64,000 bases of DNA. It comes from Thermoproteota archaeon (GTDB lineage Archaea > Korarchaeota > Korarchaeia > Korarchaeales > Korarchaeaceae). Below are positions 56,412 to 64,000 of this stretch, piece by piece. The stretch covers positions 75,661 to 139,660 of the forward strand of contig JAOZGR010000002.1 in assembly GCA_027491485.1 (NCBI GenBank), given 5' to 3'. Below the pieces are notes generated by a model that searched no databases, was not told the DNA's origin, and was given only the letters and a program-made list of their open reading frames with translations. Position numbers and translations under genes: made by a program. Every line of letters begins with the position of its first letter. Within the stretch, counting starts at the first letter, position 1.

Positions 56412-58328
56412 ATGGCAGGACAGAGGAGATTAACTGGTCTTGATATCCACCATCTTGTAAGGGAATTGTCAGAACTATCCGGACGTACTATAAAGAAAGT
56501 TTATGCCATTAATGAACATACTTTCTCAGTAACATTCTATCCAGAGTATATGGGAGCCAGAGAGCTATTGATCGATATTGAAGGCTTCATCTTCCTGACA
56601 GATCTTAAGTGGAGTAAGCCTCTAACACCACCTACATTCGTCATGGCGCTCAGGAAGCATTTGGAGGGAAGGAGAATAGAAGCAATACGACAGTTGAATT
56701 TAGAGAGAGTTTTGCACATAGAACTCTCAGGTAAAGGCGAAAATCGCAGGTTAGTAGTTGAACTATTCGGCGGAGGTAACCTTATTCTAGCTGAGGATGA
56801 TGGTACCATCTTACTTCCACTGAGGAGGGTTGAATTCAGGGATAGAATTATCAAAAGAGGGGAGATTTATAGCCCTCCGAAGGGCAACTCGTTAAATCCC
56901 AAAGAGATTCATGAACCAGGGGATATAGAAAGGGCGATGAGGAATATGGATCATTTACCGGTATGGAAGTTCCTGATGGGGGTTCTCGGTGCTGGTCCAC
57001 CTTACTCAGATGAGATCTTGCAAAGGTTCTCATTGGATGCTAGAATGCAGCTCTCGGATCTCAGCAATAATCTTAAGGAGAAGGTCTCTCATATATTGTA
57101 TGAATTTCTAACCTCGAATCCGAAGCCCGTAGTTTATTTAGAGGACGATAAAATTGTTAACTTCTCGGTTTTCCCACTAAGTCATTTAGGCGAAATTTGG
57201 AAGGAAACAAAGTCAATTTCAGAGGCCATACAGTCTTATTACACTTCTATGGAGCTGAAATTGGATGAGATGGATCCTAAAGTAGTATCCCTAATGAAAG
57301 AGATTGAGAGACAGGAGTTACTTAAGGAGGAGTACGTTAAGTCCTCCGAGGAGATGAGAGAGATAGGCGACATCATATATATGAATCTGAGCGTAGTCGA
57401 AGAAGCGTTACAGAGGGCTAGGAAAGGTGAACATCATCCGTCCATAAAGAAAATCGATAGAGCGAAAGGTATTGCAGTAATAGATCTGGGTAAAGAGGTA
57501 GAACTTGCTTTATTTGAATCTGCAGCTGAAAATGCATCTAGGTACTATGAAAAAGCTAAGAAATTGAGAGAGAAACTGAAGAAGATGGATGGAGCAATTG
57601 CCTCGCTGAGGGAGAAACTAAGGAAATATCGGGAAGAGGCAGAAAAGGAAATTAGCAGGATAAAACCAGTTAAGAGGAGAAAGCTCCGATGGTACGAGAG
57701 GTTTAGGTGGTTTTATACATCCTCAGGGCTACTAGTCGTAGGGGGTAGGGACGCTCAGACGAATATGGAGCTAGTTTCTAGATATTTAGGAGAGGATGAC
57801 CTCTTCTTCCATGTTGATTTACCCGGAGGGGCTGCTATAGTTCTTAAGACCGATAAAGGTGAACCGGATGATGAGTCTATACTACAGGCAGCTATTGCAG
57901 CAGCTTCATTTTCTAGAGCGTGGAGGGAGGGGCTGTCAGTAGCTGATGTCTACTATGTGAAAGGCAGCCAGGTCTCGAAGCATGCCCCTCCAGGACTTTA
58001 TCTCCCGAAGGGAAGCTTCTATATATCTGGAAGGAGGAGTTACCTGCGGGTTAAACTGGTTATCTGTGTGGGTTTCCAAAAGACCCCTGATGGTATTAAG
58101 TTGACAGCAGCTCCGCCAGGAGCACCAATGCTTTACTCCATATGTCTCAAACCTGGTCCTATGGGAAAGGAAGAGGCTGCTCGTAAGTTAAAAGGTAGAC
58201 TGGAGAAATGGTTGCGTGAAAACTTTAATAAACCAGAGGGATTAGAAGTTTTGGAGGGGTCGGCGGAAATCGGTATAGATGAGTTAGTTAAGATCATGCC
58301 TCCAGGAAGGGTAGTCATTGTGGAGTGA
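56412..58328 (+). CDS. rqcH: Ribosome quality control factor Rqc2/RqcH (NEMF family)
   Basis: P..F.M.LRKHL.G, ELFGGGN.IL, NA..YYE.AKK, WYERFRWF, GGRDA.TN, G.YL.KGSF. ORF track start is GTG 56391. Confidence 0.93.
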   Translation: MAGQRRLTGLDIHHLVRELSELSGRTIKKVYAINEHTFSVTFYPEYMGARELLIDIEGFIFLTDLKWSKPLTPPTFVMALRKHLEGRRIEAIRQLNLERVLHIELSGKGENRRLVVELFGGGNLILAEDDGTILLPLRRVEFRDRIIKRGEIYSPPKGNSLNPKEIHEPGDIERAMRNMDHLPVWKFLMGVLGAGPPYSDEILQRFSLDARMQLSDLSNNLKEKVSHILYEFLTSNPKPVVYLEDDKIVNFSVFPLSHLGEIWKETKSISEAIQSYYTSMELKLDEMDPKVVSLMKEIERQELLKEEYVKSSEEMREIGDIIYMNLSVVEEALQRARKGEHHPSIKKIDRAKGIAVIDLGKEVELALFESAAENASRYYEKAKKLREKLKKMDGAIASLREKLRKYREEAEKEISRIKPVKRRKLRWYERFRWFYTSSGLLVVGGRDAQTNMELVSRYLGEDDLFFHVDLPGGAAIVLKTDKGEPDDESILQAAIAAASFSRAWREGLSVADVYYVKGSQVSKHAPPGLYLPKGSFYISGRRSYLRVKLVICVGFQKTPDGIKLTAAPPGAPMLYSICLKPGPMGKEEAARKLKGRLEKWLRENFNKPEGLEVLEGSAEIGIDELVKIMPPGRVVIVE

Positions 58329-58825
58329 TGGTTATGTGGTCATTAATCCCCCCAGAAAAAGGTGAGGAGCCTAGGATAAGGCTAAGGGTATCTGAGATAA
58401 TGAACCGTAATCTTATTACGGTCACTCCCGAGGATACCGTATTTAAGGCTGCGAAGTTAATGAGTGAGCATAATATAGGCTCAGTAGTAGTCATGAAAGG
58501 TGGCGAGCTGAAGGGGATAGTTACAGAGAGAGATCTTATCTCCCGTTATATAGCTAAGGAAGATGGAAGAAGACCTGAGGATGTAAAGGTTAGGGAGGTA
58601 ATGACCGATAAGCCTGTCACTATAAGAGATAATGTTGACATAGACGAAGCTGCTAGGCTTATGGTAGATCGAAACGTTAGGCGTTTAATCGTGGTTAACT
58701 CCAATGGGAAGGTTGTGGGCATAGTTTCTTCCCGGGACATATTGAAAGTAGCCCCTCACATATGGTTCATATTATCCGAGAAGCTTAGATTAGCTAAGTC
58801 TAAGCGAGGTTGGAGCTTAGTTTAG
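58325..58825 (+). CDS. CBS-pair protein
   Basis: V..IM....IT..P, GIVTERD, GIVS.RD. Confidence 0.9.
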   Translation: MMVMWSLIPPEKGEEPRIRLRVSEIMNRNLITVTPEDTVFKAAKLMSEHNIGSVVVMKGGELKGIVTERDLISRYIAKEDGRRPEDVKVREVMTDKPVTIRDNVDIDEAARLMVDRNVRRLIVVNSNGKVVGIVSSRDILKVAPHIWFILSEKLRLAKSKRGWSLV

Positions 58826-59670
58826 GGGGGCCCTATTTGAAGTCAAAGGTTAAGGACTATATGACCGATAGGGTAGTTACAGTCAGCCCACAAGATACAA
58901 TTGGTAGAGCAAGGAACCTAATGCTCGAGAGAAAGATAAGGCGTCTCGTTGTAGTTGATGAGGATAATAGAGTTGTGGGTATCATCACAGCAACCGATCT
59001 GGCTAAAGCCCTAGCTAGAAGAGGAGCTCCTTGGAGATGGAGAAATCCAGAGGACTCGCTAGTAGATAGGTTCATGACAAGAAATCCGTTCACCATAGGA
59101 CCTGATGAAGATATATTTGAGGCGTCCAGGAGCATGGTAAAGATGAAGATAGGAGGGTTGCCAGTAACAAAGGAATCAAGGCTTATCGGGATACTGACCG
59201 AGACCGATATCACTAGATTCTTCGCAGAGAATGTTAGGGGGACTTATAAAGTTAGGGATCTGATGTCAGACAGATATACGGCTGTCTCACCCAACACTAG
59301 CTTAAAGAAAGTTGCAAAGTTGATAACCTCAGACAGAGGGGGTAGAGTGCTCATTGTGGGAGTGGGTGGAGATTACCTCGGTATAATAACTGAGGGAGAC
59401 GTGGCTCTCTGGGAACCAAATCTAGCAAAGAGGTATGTGTTAATACCGTCTAGAACGGGTAGAATTAGCATCGATGTCAAGGTTAAGACCGCAAGGCATT
59501 TAATGAGAGGCATAGATGTGAGGTTAACGGCTGAAGAAGATGCAGCAAAAGCAGCTAGGATGATGATTGAATGGAACACTAGTGCCCTACCCGTATTTGA
59601 AGGTAATGAGCTTGTAGGCGTAATTGATAAAAAGGGAATAGTGAGGGGGGTTGCAGATGTCTCGTACTAA
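58810..59670 (+). CDS. Four-CBS-domain protein
   Basis: GIITATD, GILTETD, GIITEGD, GVIDK motifs. Confidence 0.9.
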   Translation: MELSLGGPYLKSKVKDYMTDRVVTVSPQDTIGRARNLMLERKIRRLVVVDEDNRVVGIITATDLAKALARRGAPWRWRNPEDSLVDRFMTRNPFTIGPDEDIFEASRSMVKMKIGGLPVTKESRLIGILTETDITRFFAENVRGTYKVRDLMSDRYTAVSPNTSLKKVAKLITSDRGGRVLIVGVGGDYLGIITEGDVALWEPNLAKRYVLIPSRTGRISIDVKVKTARHLMRGIDVRLTAEEDAAKAARMMIEWNTSALPVFEGNELVGVIDKKGIVRGVADVSY

Positions 59671-60451
59671 GCCTGTTTCTGAGCTAATGAGAACAGATCT
59701 AATTACCATTGAGAAAGGAGAGACAGTAGAGGTCGCTCTAGATCTCATGGAAAGAAACGATGTAAATCACTTAATTGTTACCTCGGATGGGAAGTTAGTC
59801 GGGGTCCTAAGCATAAGGGATATTATGGAAGGCTTGGGGTCCTCCAGATTCCAGAGAGTGCCTGCAAGAAGAATTTACGTCAGTGCATTAATGACGGAGC
59901 CCCCACTTACTATTCAAGAAACCTCGCTCATAAGGGATGCAATTACTACATTGCTAGAGAATAACATTAGGTCTCTCCCGGTAATGAGAGGAGATTCCTT
60001 AGTAGGGATAGTCACCGAGACCGACTTAATAAGGGAACTTGAGTCGGAAGAATCCATTAAAGATCTTGTAAAGGTAGACCATCCTAAGATAATGCCTAAT
60101 GAGAGAATAGTACATGCTAGAAGCATAATGTTAGAGAGAGGGGCCAGAATGCTCCCTGTAGTTGAATTTAGTGGCCTAGTAGGAATAGTCACTGAGCGGA
60201 ATTTAGCTAAAGCATTTTTAGATGTAAGAGAGAACATAGATCCCGTATATATGGACAATGTAGTAAGGAGGATCGTAGTAGAAGATGTGATGATCGAAGC
60301 TCCTCGGAAACTTGTAGGGTATATCTCCATTAATGAAGCAAAACGAAATTTCATAGAAACCAAGCTTCCAGCACTCCCTGTCATTGAACCTCATGGAGAA
60401 AGGCTAGTAGGTGTGCTAGAGAGAAGAAGTCTATTAAGGCTCTTTAGATGA
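59657..60451 (+). CDS. Four-CBS-domain protein
   Basis: GVLSIRD, GIVTETD, GIVTERN, GVLERR motifs. Confidence 0.9.
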   Translation: MSRTKPVSELMRTDLITIEKGETVEVALDLMERNDVNHLIVTSDGKLVGVLSIRDIMEGLGSSRFQRVPARRIYVSALMTEPPLTIQETSLIRDAITTLLENNIRSLPVMRGDSLVGIVTETDLIRELESEESIKDLVKVDHPKIMPNERIVHARSIMLERGARMLPVVEFSGLVGIVTERNLAKAFLDVRENIDPVYMDNVVRRIVVEDVMIEAPRKLVGYISINEAKRNFIETKLPALPVIEPHGERLVGVLERRSLLRLFR

Positions 60452-61289
60452 GAGGATCTGCTAGCATCCCAAGGAGTCCAAAGAACATTGAGAGTTTCAG
60501 GTAATTGCTTATTTTCCTAGCATCTCTCTGATTTCTAACCTTGAGGGAGAGTATCGCTGCATAGAGTAGCAATGGAATTGAGATAATAATGGTAAGAGTC
60601 AGGTAGGGGATACCTACCATTCCCATCAGGTAGGGGTAGATAGCCACAGCGCTAGATAGAACAGAGAACGCTGAGGCTAAGACTCCAGCACCTCTTAAGC
60701 CGAGGAGTACGGCAACTGTATGGAGTCCATAGGCTTGGTCTCCTTCTATGTCCTCTATCGTCTTGACAATTTCCCTAGACATGTTGGAAAGGAATGCTAT
60801 TAGGGAGAACAATATCACCTTAAGATCCACAACGCCTGCCGCTAATCCCCCAAATATGAGTGTGAAGGCAACTCCCAGACTTACTAATGCATTTCCAATT
60901 ATTCCTATGGCCTTGATCCATCTAGCATAGGCATACCAAGCAATCGAGAAGAAGATAGCTATTGCCACCTCCTCCATCCCCAAGAAGCTGCTGATGAATA
61001 TTCCTAAGAAAGAGAGTATAGCATACGACATGAAAGCCTCTCTCATAGATATTTCTCCCGATGGTATCGGCCTATCCGGCTTGTTTATCGCATCTATAGG
61101 AGCGTCAAAATAGTCATTTATTGCATTACCTGCCATGAGAATAAGTGGGGGAACCAAGCAAGCCAGAAGTAGGCTCAAGCTTATCTCTCTGCTGACCGAG
61201 AACCAGCCAACTAAAACACCTATTGTAGACATTAACGCGTTTTTGGGCCTAAATAACTTGAGTAGCCCTACAATCTTCTCCTTATTCAT
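60444..61289 (-). CDS. Digeranylgeranylglyceryl phosphate synthase (UbiA family)
   Basis: L.RP.N, GNAINDYFD..ID.INKP.RPIPSG, REI.K.IEDIEGD. ORF track start 61313. Confidence 0.9.
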   Translation of the reverse strand: MNKEKIVGLLKLFRPKNALMSTIGVLVGWFSVSREISLSLLLACLVPPLILMAGNAINDYFDAPIDAINKPDRPIPSGEISMREAFMSYAILSFLGIFISSFLGMEEVAIAIFFSIAWYAYARWIKAIGIIGNALVSLGVAFTLIFGGLAAGVVDLKVILFSLIAFLSNMSREIVKTIEDIEGDQAYGLHTVAVLLGLRGAGVLASAFSVLSSAVAIYPYLMGMVGIPYLTLTIIISIPLLLYAAILSLKVRNQRDARKISNYLKLSMFFGLLGMLADPLI

Positions 61290-61351
61290 CACTTCATACA
61301 CTTGACTTGACATTTTTATGGTTAGGCAGCCTATCTATCTGGATCGGATTG

Positions 61352-62284
61352 ATGGTAAAAGTTGGTGTTATAGGCTGTGGGTGGTTTGGCTCGGCTCATG
61401 CGAGAGTATATAAAGCTCTAGGCAATGCTCAGCTCGTAGCAGTCGTAGATAGGGAGAAATCCTATGCTAGGAGGCTAGGCGAGTTATACCATGTGAATTA
61501 CTATACCTCTCTTGAGGAGATGGTTTCTAGAGAGAATCCAGATGCAGTCAGCATTGCGGTTACCCCTCAAAATCTTTTTGAAGTGACCAAGCAGGCCCTA
61601 GAGGAAGGTCTCTCGGTGCTAGTTGAAAAGCCAATAGTTAGCAGTGAGACCGAACTTAGGGATCTAGAACGCTTGTTAAACAGACATAATGCCATATTTA
61701 TGCCTGGATTTATAGAGATATTCAATCCCGCCGTTGAGAAGCTGAAGGGCCTAATTAGCGAAGGAAGACTAGGTGATATATTATCGCTATGGTCTAGAAG
61801 AGTAGGAAGGCTCCCAAAGAAGTCAATAGGTTGGAAAATAGGTGTTTCCTTGGATTTAGCTATCCATGAGATGTATGTCCAGATCTACGTATTAGGCAGT
61901 CCTCCACTTAAGATATCGTCGTATACGGCAAAGCTGTTGAATGGCGAGGGAGGGGAGGATTTAGCCATTTTCATATCTAAATTCCCCGGAGGGGTGACCT
62001 CTACAATTGCCGCTAACTGGCTCACACCCTCAGGACTTAGGGAAATGCTATTAATGGGGACTGAAGGGAGCATCATGGTAGACTATCCTAATCAGTCTAT
62101 CAAAATAGAGACTACTGATAAGACAGAGCAGCCAAGAATAAGAAAGGAGGAACCACTCCGGGGAGAGTTAGCTTATTTCATTGAGCATGTCAAGAATGGC
62201 GAGGATCCGGAGATAGGATTTAGGTACGCTAGAGATGTCTTAAACACTCTCTTCACGGGCCTGAGGAACAAGCTAGATATCTAG
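61352..62284 (+). CDS. Gfo/Idh/MocA family NAD(P)-dependent oxidoreductase
   Basis: VGVIGCG.FG..H, VLVEKP, FNPAV, DLAIH. Confidence 0.9.
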   Translation: MVKVGVIGCGWFGSAHARVYKALGNAQLVAVVDREKSYARRLGELYHVNYYTSLEEMVSRENPDAVSIAVTPQNLFEVTKQALEEGLSVLVEKPIVSSETELRDLERLLNRHNAIFMPGFIEIFNPAVEKLKGLISEGRLGDILSLWSRRVGRLPKKSIGWKIGVSLDLAIHEMYVQIYVLGSPPLKISSYTAKLLNGEGGEDLAIFISKFPGGVTSTIAANWLTPSGLREMLLMGTEGSIMVDYPNQSIKIETTDKTEQPRIRKEEPLRGELAYFIEHVKNGEDPEIGFRYARDVLNTLFTGLRNKLDI

Positions 62285-62294
62285 GTGCCTAGAT

Positions 62295-63377
62295 ATGAGA
62301 AAGGGGGTTCTTAGAGGAGAGTTTATCTATATATCTGGTAATTTAGTTGATAAGTTATACAGACAAGGCTATGGTGAGAAGATTGGGGAGGATGCTCTGG
62401 AGATTCATGCCTTAGAAGCAGCGCATCTAGTTTGGACAAATAAGATCACTGTGATAGATGAATCTAATGAGCAGGTGGGTCTAAACGTGCTATTTAACTT
62501 AATTGCCAAGGATCCCAGAGGGTTCCTCAAATTCGTCGTCTACAGTGACCTAAGAAGGAGAAATAGAGTGGTTGTATACGAGAGGGCCACAGATTTCCTG
62601 AGACTTTATCCAAAGGGGAAGAAAGTAGGCGATGCCGCAGCTAAGGAGTTAGTTTTCTCACTCTCTGAGGACGAGCCCATAACTCATAAATTCGTCCTGG
62701 ATATGGTTGAAAAAGTAGCTAGGCTAAGGAAAAGTCTGATATTGGCTGTTGTAGACGACGAGATGAATGTTACCTATTACAAGGCACAGAATTTCATGCC
62801 TGATAAGAGAGAGGGTTATCCTTTAGATGAGTTACCATTGGTTACTGGCACGATAATTGGGGATAGGGTTATAGTTTTCGATGAAAATGCAGGGGATTTA
62901 TATGTAAATGGTTTCTGGGGACATCCTTTAGGTATTGAGAAGCCTGACCCTCTGAAAAGATATGATGTACCTTTACAGTTACCGCTAATCGAAGCTATCT
63001 ACCTAGCATCTAAGGGAAAACTTAAGGTGAGGACATATGACGGAAAAGATAAGAATCTGAGCGAACTAAGGGAAGAGTTCTCCAAAGGTAGAGAAAGGGC
63101 CAAACTGAGGGAGATCGTCTATACTTACTGGAGAAATCTTGGTTATATTCCTAAGGCAGGATCCAAATATGGAGTTGATTTTCTCGTATATGAGAGAGGG
63201 CCTGGTCTTGAACATGCCCCTTATGTATGCTTAATAGGCGGAGTTAACGATAAAATTAGACCAGTCGACCTAATTCGTTCGGGAAGGATTGCTACCTCTG
63301 TCAGAAAGGATCTAGTTGTATCCCTTGTGTCAGGAAAGAATGTGGTAAGTTACAAGCTTACCTGGTTTAAACCTTAG
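62295..63377 (+). CDS. endA: tRNA splicing endonuclease, two fused units
   Basis: Unit 1: G.G....L....EA..L, F.VY.DLR.R. Unit 2: GSKYGVDFLVY..GPG..HAPY and R.A.SVRK. Confidence 0.93.
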   Translation: MRKGVLRGEFIYISGNLVDKLYRQGYGEKIGEDALEIHALEAAHLVWTNKITVIDESNEQVGLNVLFNLIAKDPRGFLKFVVYSDLRRRNRVVVYERATDFLRLYPKGKKVGDAAAKELVFSLSEDEPITHKFVLDMVEKVARLRKSLILAVVDDEMNVTYYKAQNFMPDKREGYPLDELPLVTGTIIGDRVIVFDENAGDLYVNGFWGHPLGIEKPDPLKRYDVPLQLPLIEAIYLASKGKLKVRTYDGKDKNLSELREEFSKGRERAKLREIVYTYWRNLGYIPKAGSKYGVDFLVYERGPGLEHAPYVCLIGGVNDKIRPVDLIRSGRIATSVRKDLVVSLVSGKNVVSYKLTWFKP

Positions 63378-63801
63378 AAGAGCTTTGCCGGAATATATAC
63401 TTGGCGAACATTTCTATAGGAAGTCCCTTAGATCTAGCGATGCTTAAGTCAATTACAACTGATCCTGAGCTCGTTTCTCTAGCATCTGGGATCCTTACCA
63501 TGTAGAACTTACCCCTATCAGCGGAGAATTTAACTGCAAGCCAGCATTCAGCCCCTAAGACCTCTGCTAGGTTCCTCATTGACTGTACTTCATCGCTTCC
63601 GACATATATAGACTCCTTGGATGTTGTTTTTACCTCTATAACTGCAAGTTTTCCCTTATATCCTGCTATAATATCCGCAGACGGATGCCCTGTTGAACCA
63701 CTCCCTGCAACCCTGATCGCTCCAATCCCATAGTTCCATAGCTTATCTAGAAGCTCTCTTTCAGCCCTTATACCCTTCTTTTTCCTTCGCATGACGATCA
63801 C
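63367..63801 (-). CDS. hjc: Holliday junction resolvase Hjc
   Basis: KG..AEREL, R.AGSG, DIIAG, IEVK.T. Confidence 0.93.
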   Translation of the reverse strand: MIVMRRKKKGIRAERELLDKLWNYGIGAIRVAGSGSTGHPSADIIAGYKGKLAVIEVKTTSKESIYVGSDEVQSMRNLAEVLGAECWLAVKFSADRGKFYMVRIPDARETSSGSVVIDLSIARSKGLPIEMFAKYIFRQSSSKV

Positions 63802-64000
63802 TCTTCATAGGTCAACCTAACAGGTCCATCCGAGGTAACTAGTACTGTATCCTCATATTGAGCTACCACTTTGTTTGACATCTCCATGAGAGGGGGATAG
63901 TCTCTTAAACTTCCTCTTCTTACTAATCTAAGAAGGGCATGGTTTATCCTATGTCCAATATCACTAACTAGCCATCTTTCACAGAAAGGAAGTTTGCTAT
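63798..64000 (-). CDS. map: Type II methionine aminopeptidase, 3' part only
   Basis: Hand-translated: ...LPFCERWL...L..LVRRGSL.DYPPL.E.....VAQYEDTVLV..DG...LTYEE*. Confidence 0.88.
   Translation of the reverse strand, partial: SKLPFCERWLVSDIGHRINHALLRLVRRGSLRDYPPLMEMSNKVVAQYEDTVLVTSDGPVRLTYEE

Noticed and set aside
1-64000. CRISPR arrays, transposases, rRNA genes, defence systems
   Set aside because: No spaced repeats, transposase motifs or rRNA-like stretches; almost all sequence is accounted for by protein genes and one tRNA.

Overview
A densely packed, mostly housekeeping stretch of a thermophilic archaeal chromosome. The marker combination (unsplit RNA polymerase Rpo1 and Rpo2, PolD large subunit, Elf1, eS30, a two-unit EndA carrying a crenarchaeal-type loop) points to the TACK lineage, most plausibly Korarchaeota; this is an inference. 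Contents in order: a partial secreted toroid/Ig-type protein and a large S-layer gene; a minus-strand replication/translation cluster (DP2, small OB-fold protein, PCNA, PriL, PriS, GINS51, eL42, eS27, aIF2-alpha, Nop10); elf1; porG; the RNAP/str cluster (rpo5, rpo2, rpo1, eL30, nusA, uS12, uS7, Lsm); glmS; DUF460, eS30, nop5, fibrillarin; trm1, an NTPase, gar1, srp19, eS8; two Wzy-like membrane proteins plus an anchored partner behind the thermosome; a nucleoside phosphorylase; pgk, a degenerate GAPDH, an OPT-like transporter and a phosphohexomutase; EF-1alpha and uS10; a DUF1537 kinase-PdxA2-LarA cluster; tRNA-Ser(TGA); uL3-uL4-uL23-uL2-uS19; archease; an EMC6-like fusion; RqcH plus three CBS proteins; DGGGP synthase; an oxidoreductase; endA; hjc; partial map. 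I found no mobile elements, CRISPR arrays or rRNA. Four real CDS missing from the ORF track were read by hand (1..1510, nop10, eS30, map). The most notable oddities are a catalytically dead GAPDH kept in the pgk operon, altered near-universal motifs in the RNAP bridge helix and trigger loop, uS12 and EF-1alpha, an Rpo5 with a histone-H1-like tail, a LarA-linked tetronate catabolic cluster, a twin-Wzy module and an EMC6-like fusion protein. Reference motifs are quoted from memory and need alignment checks.
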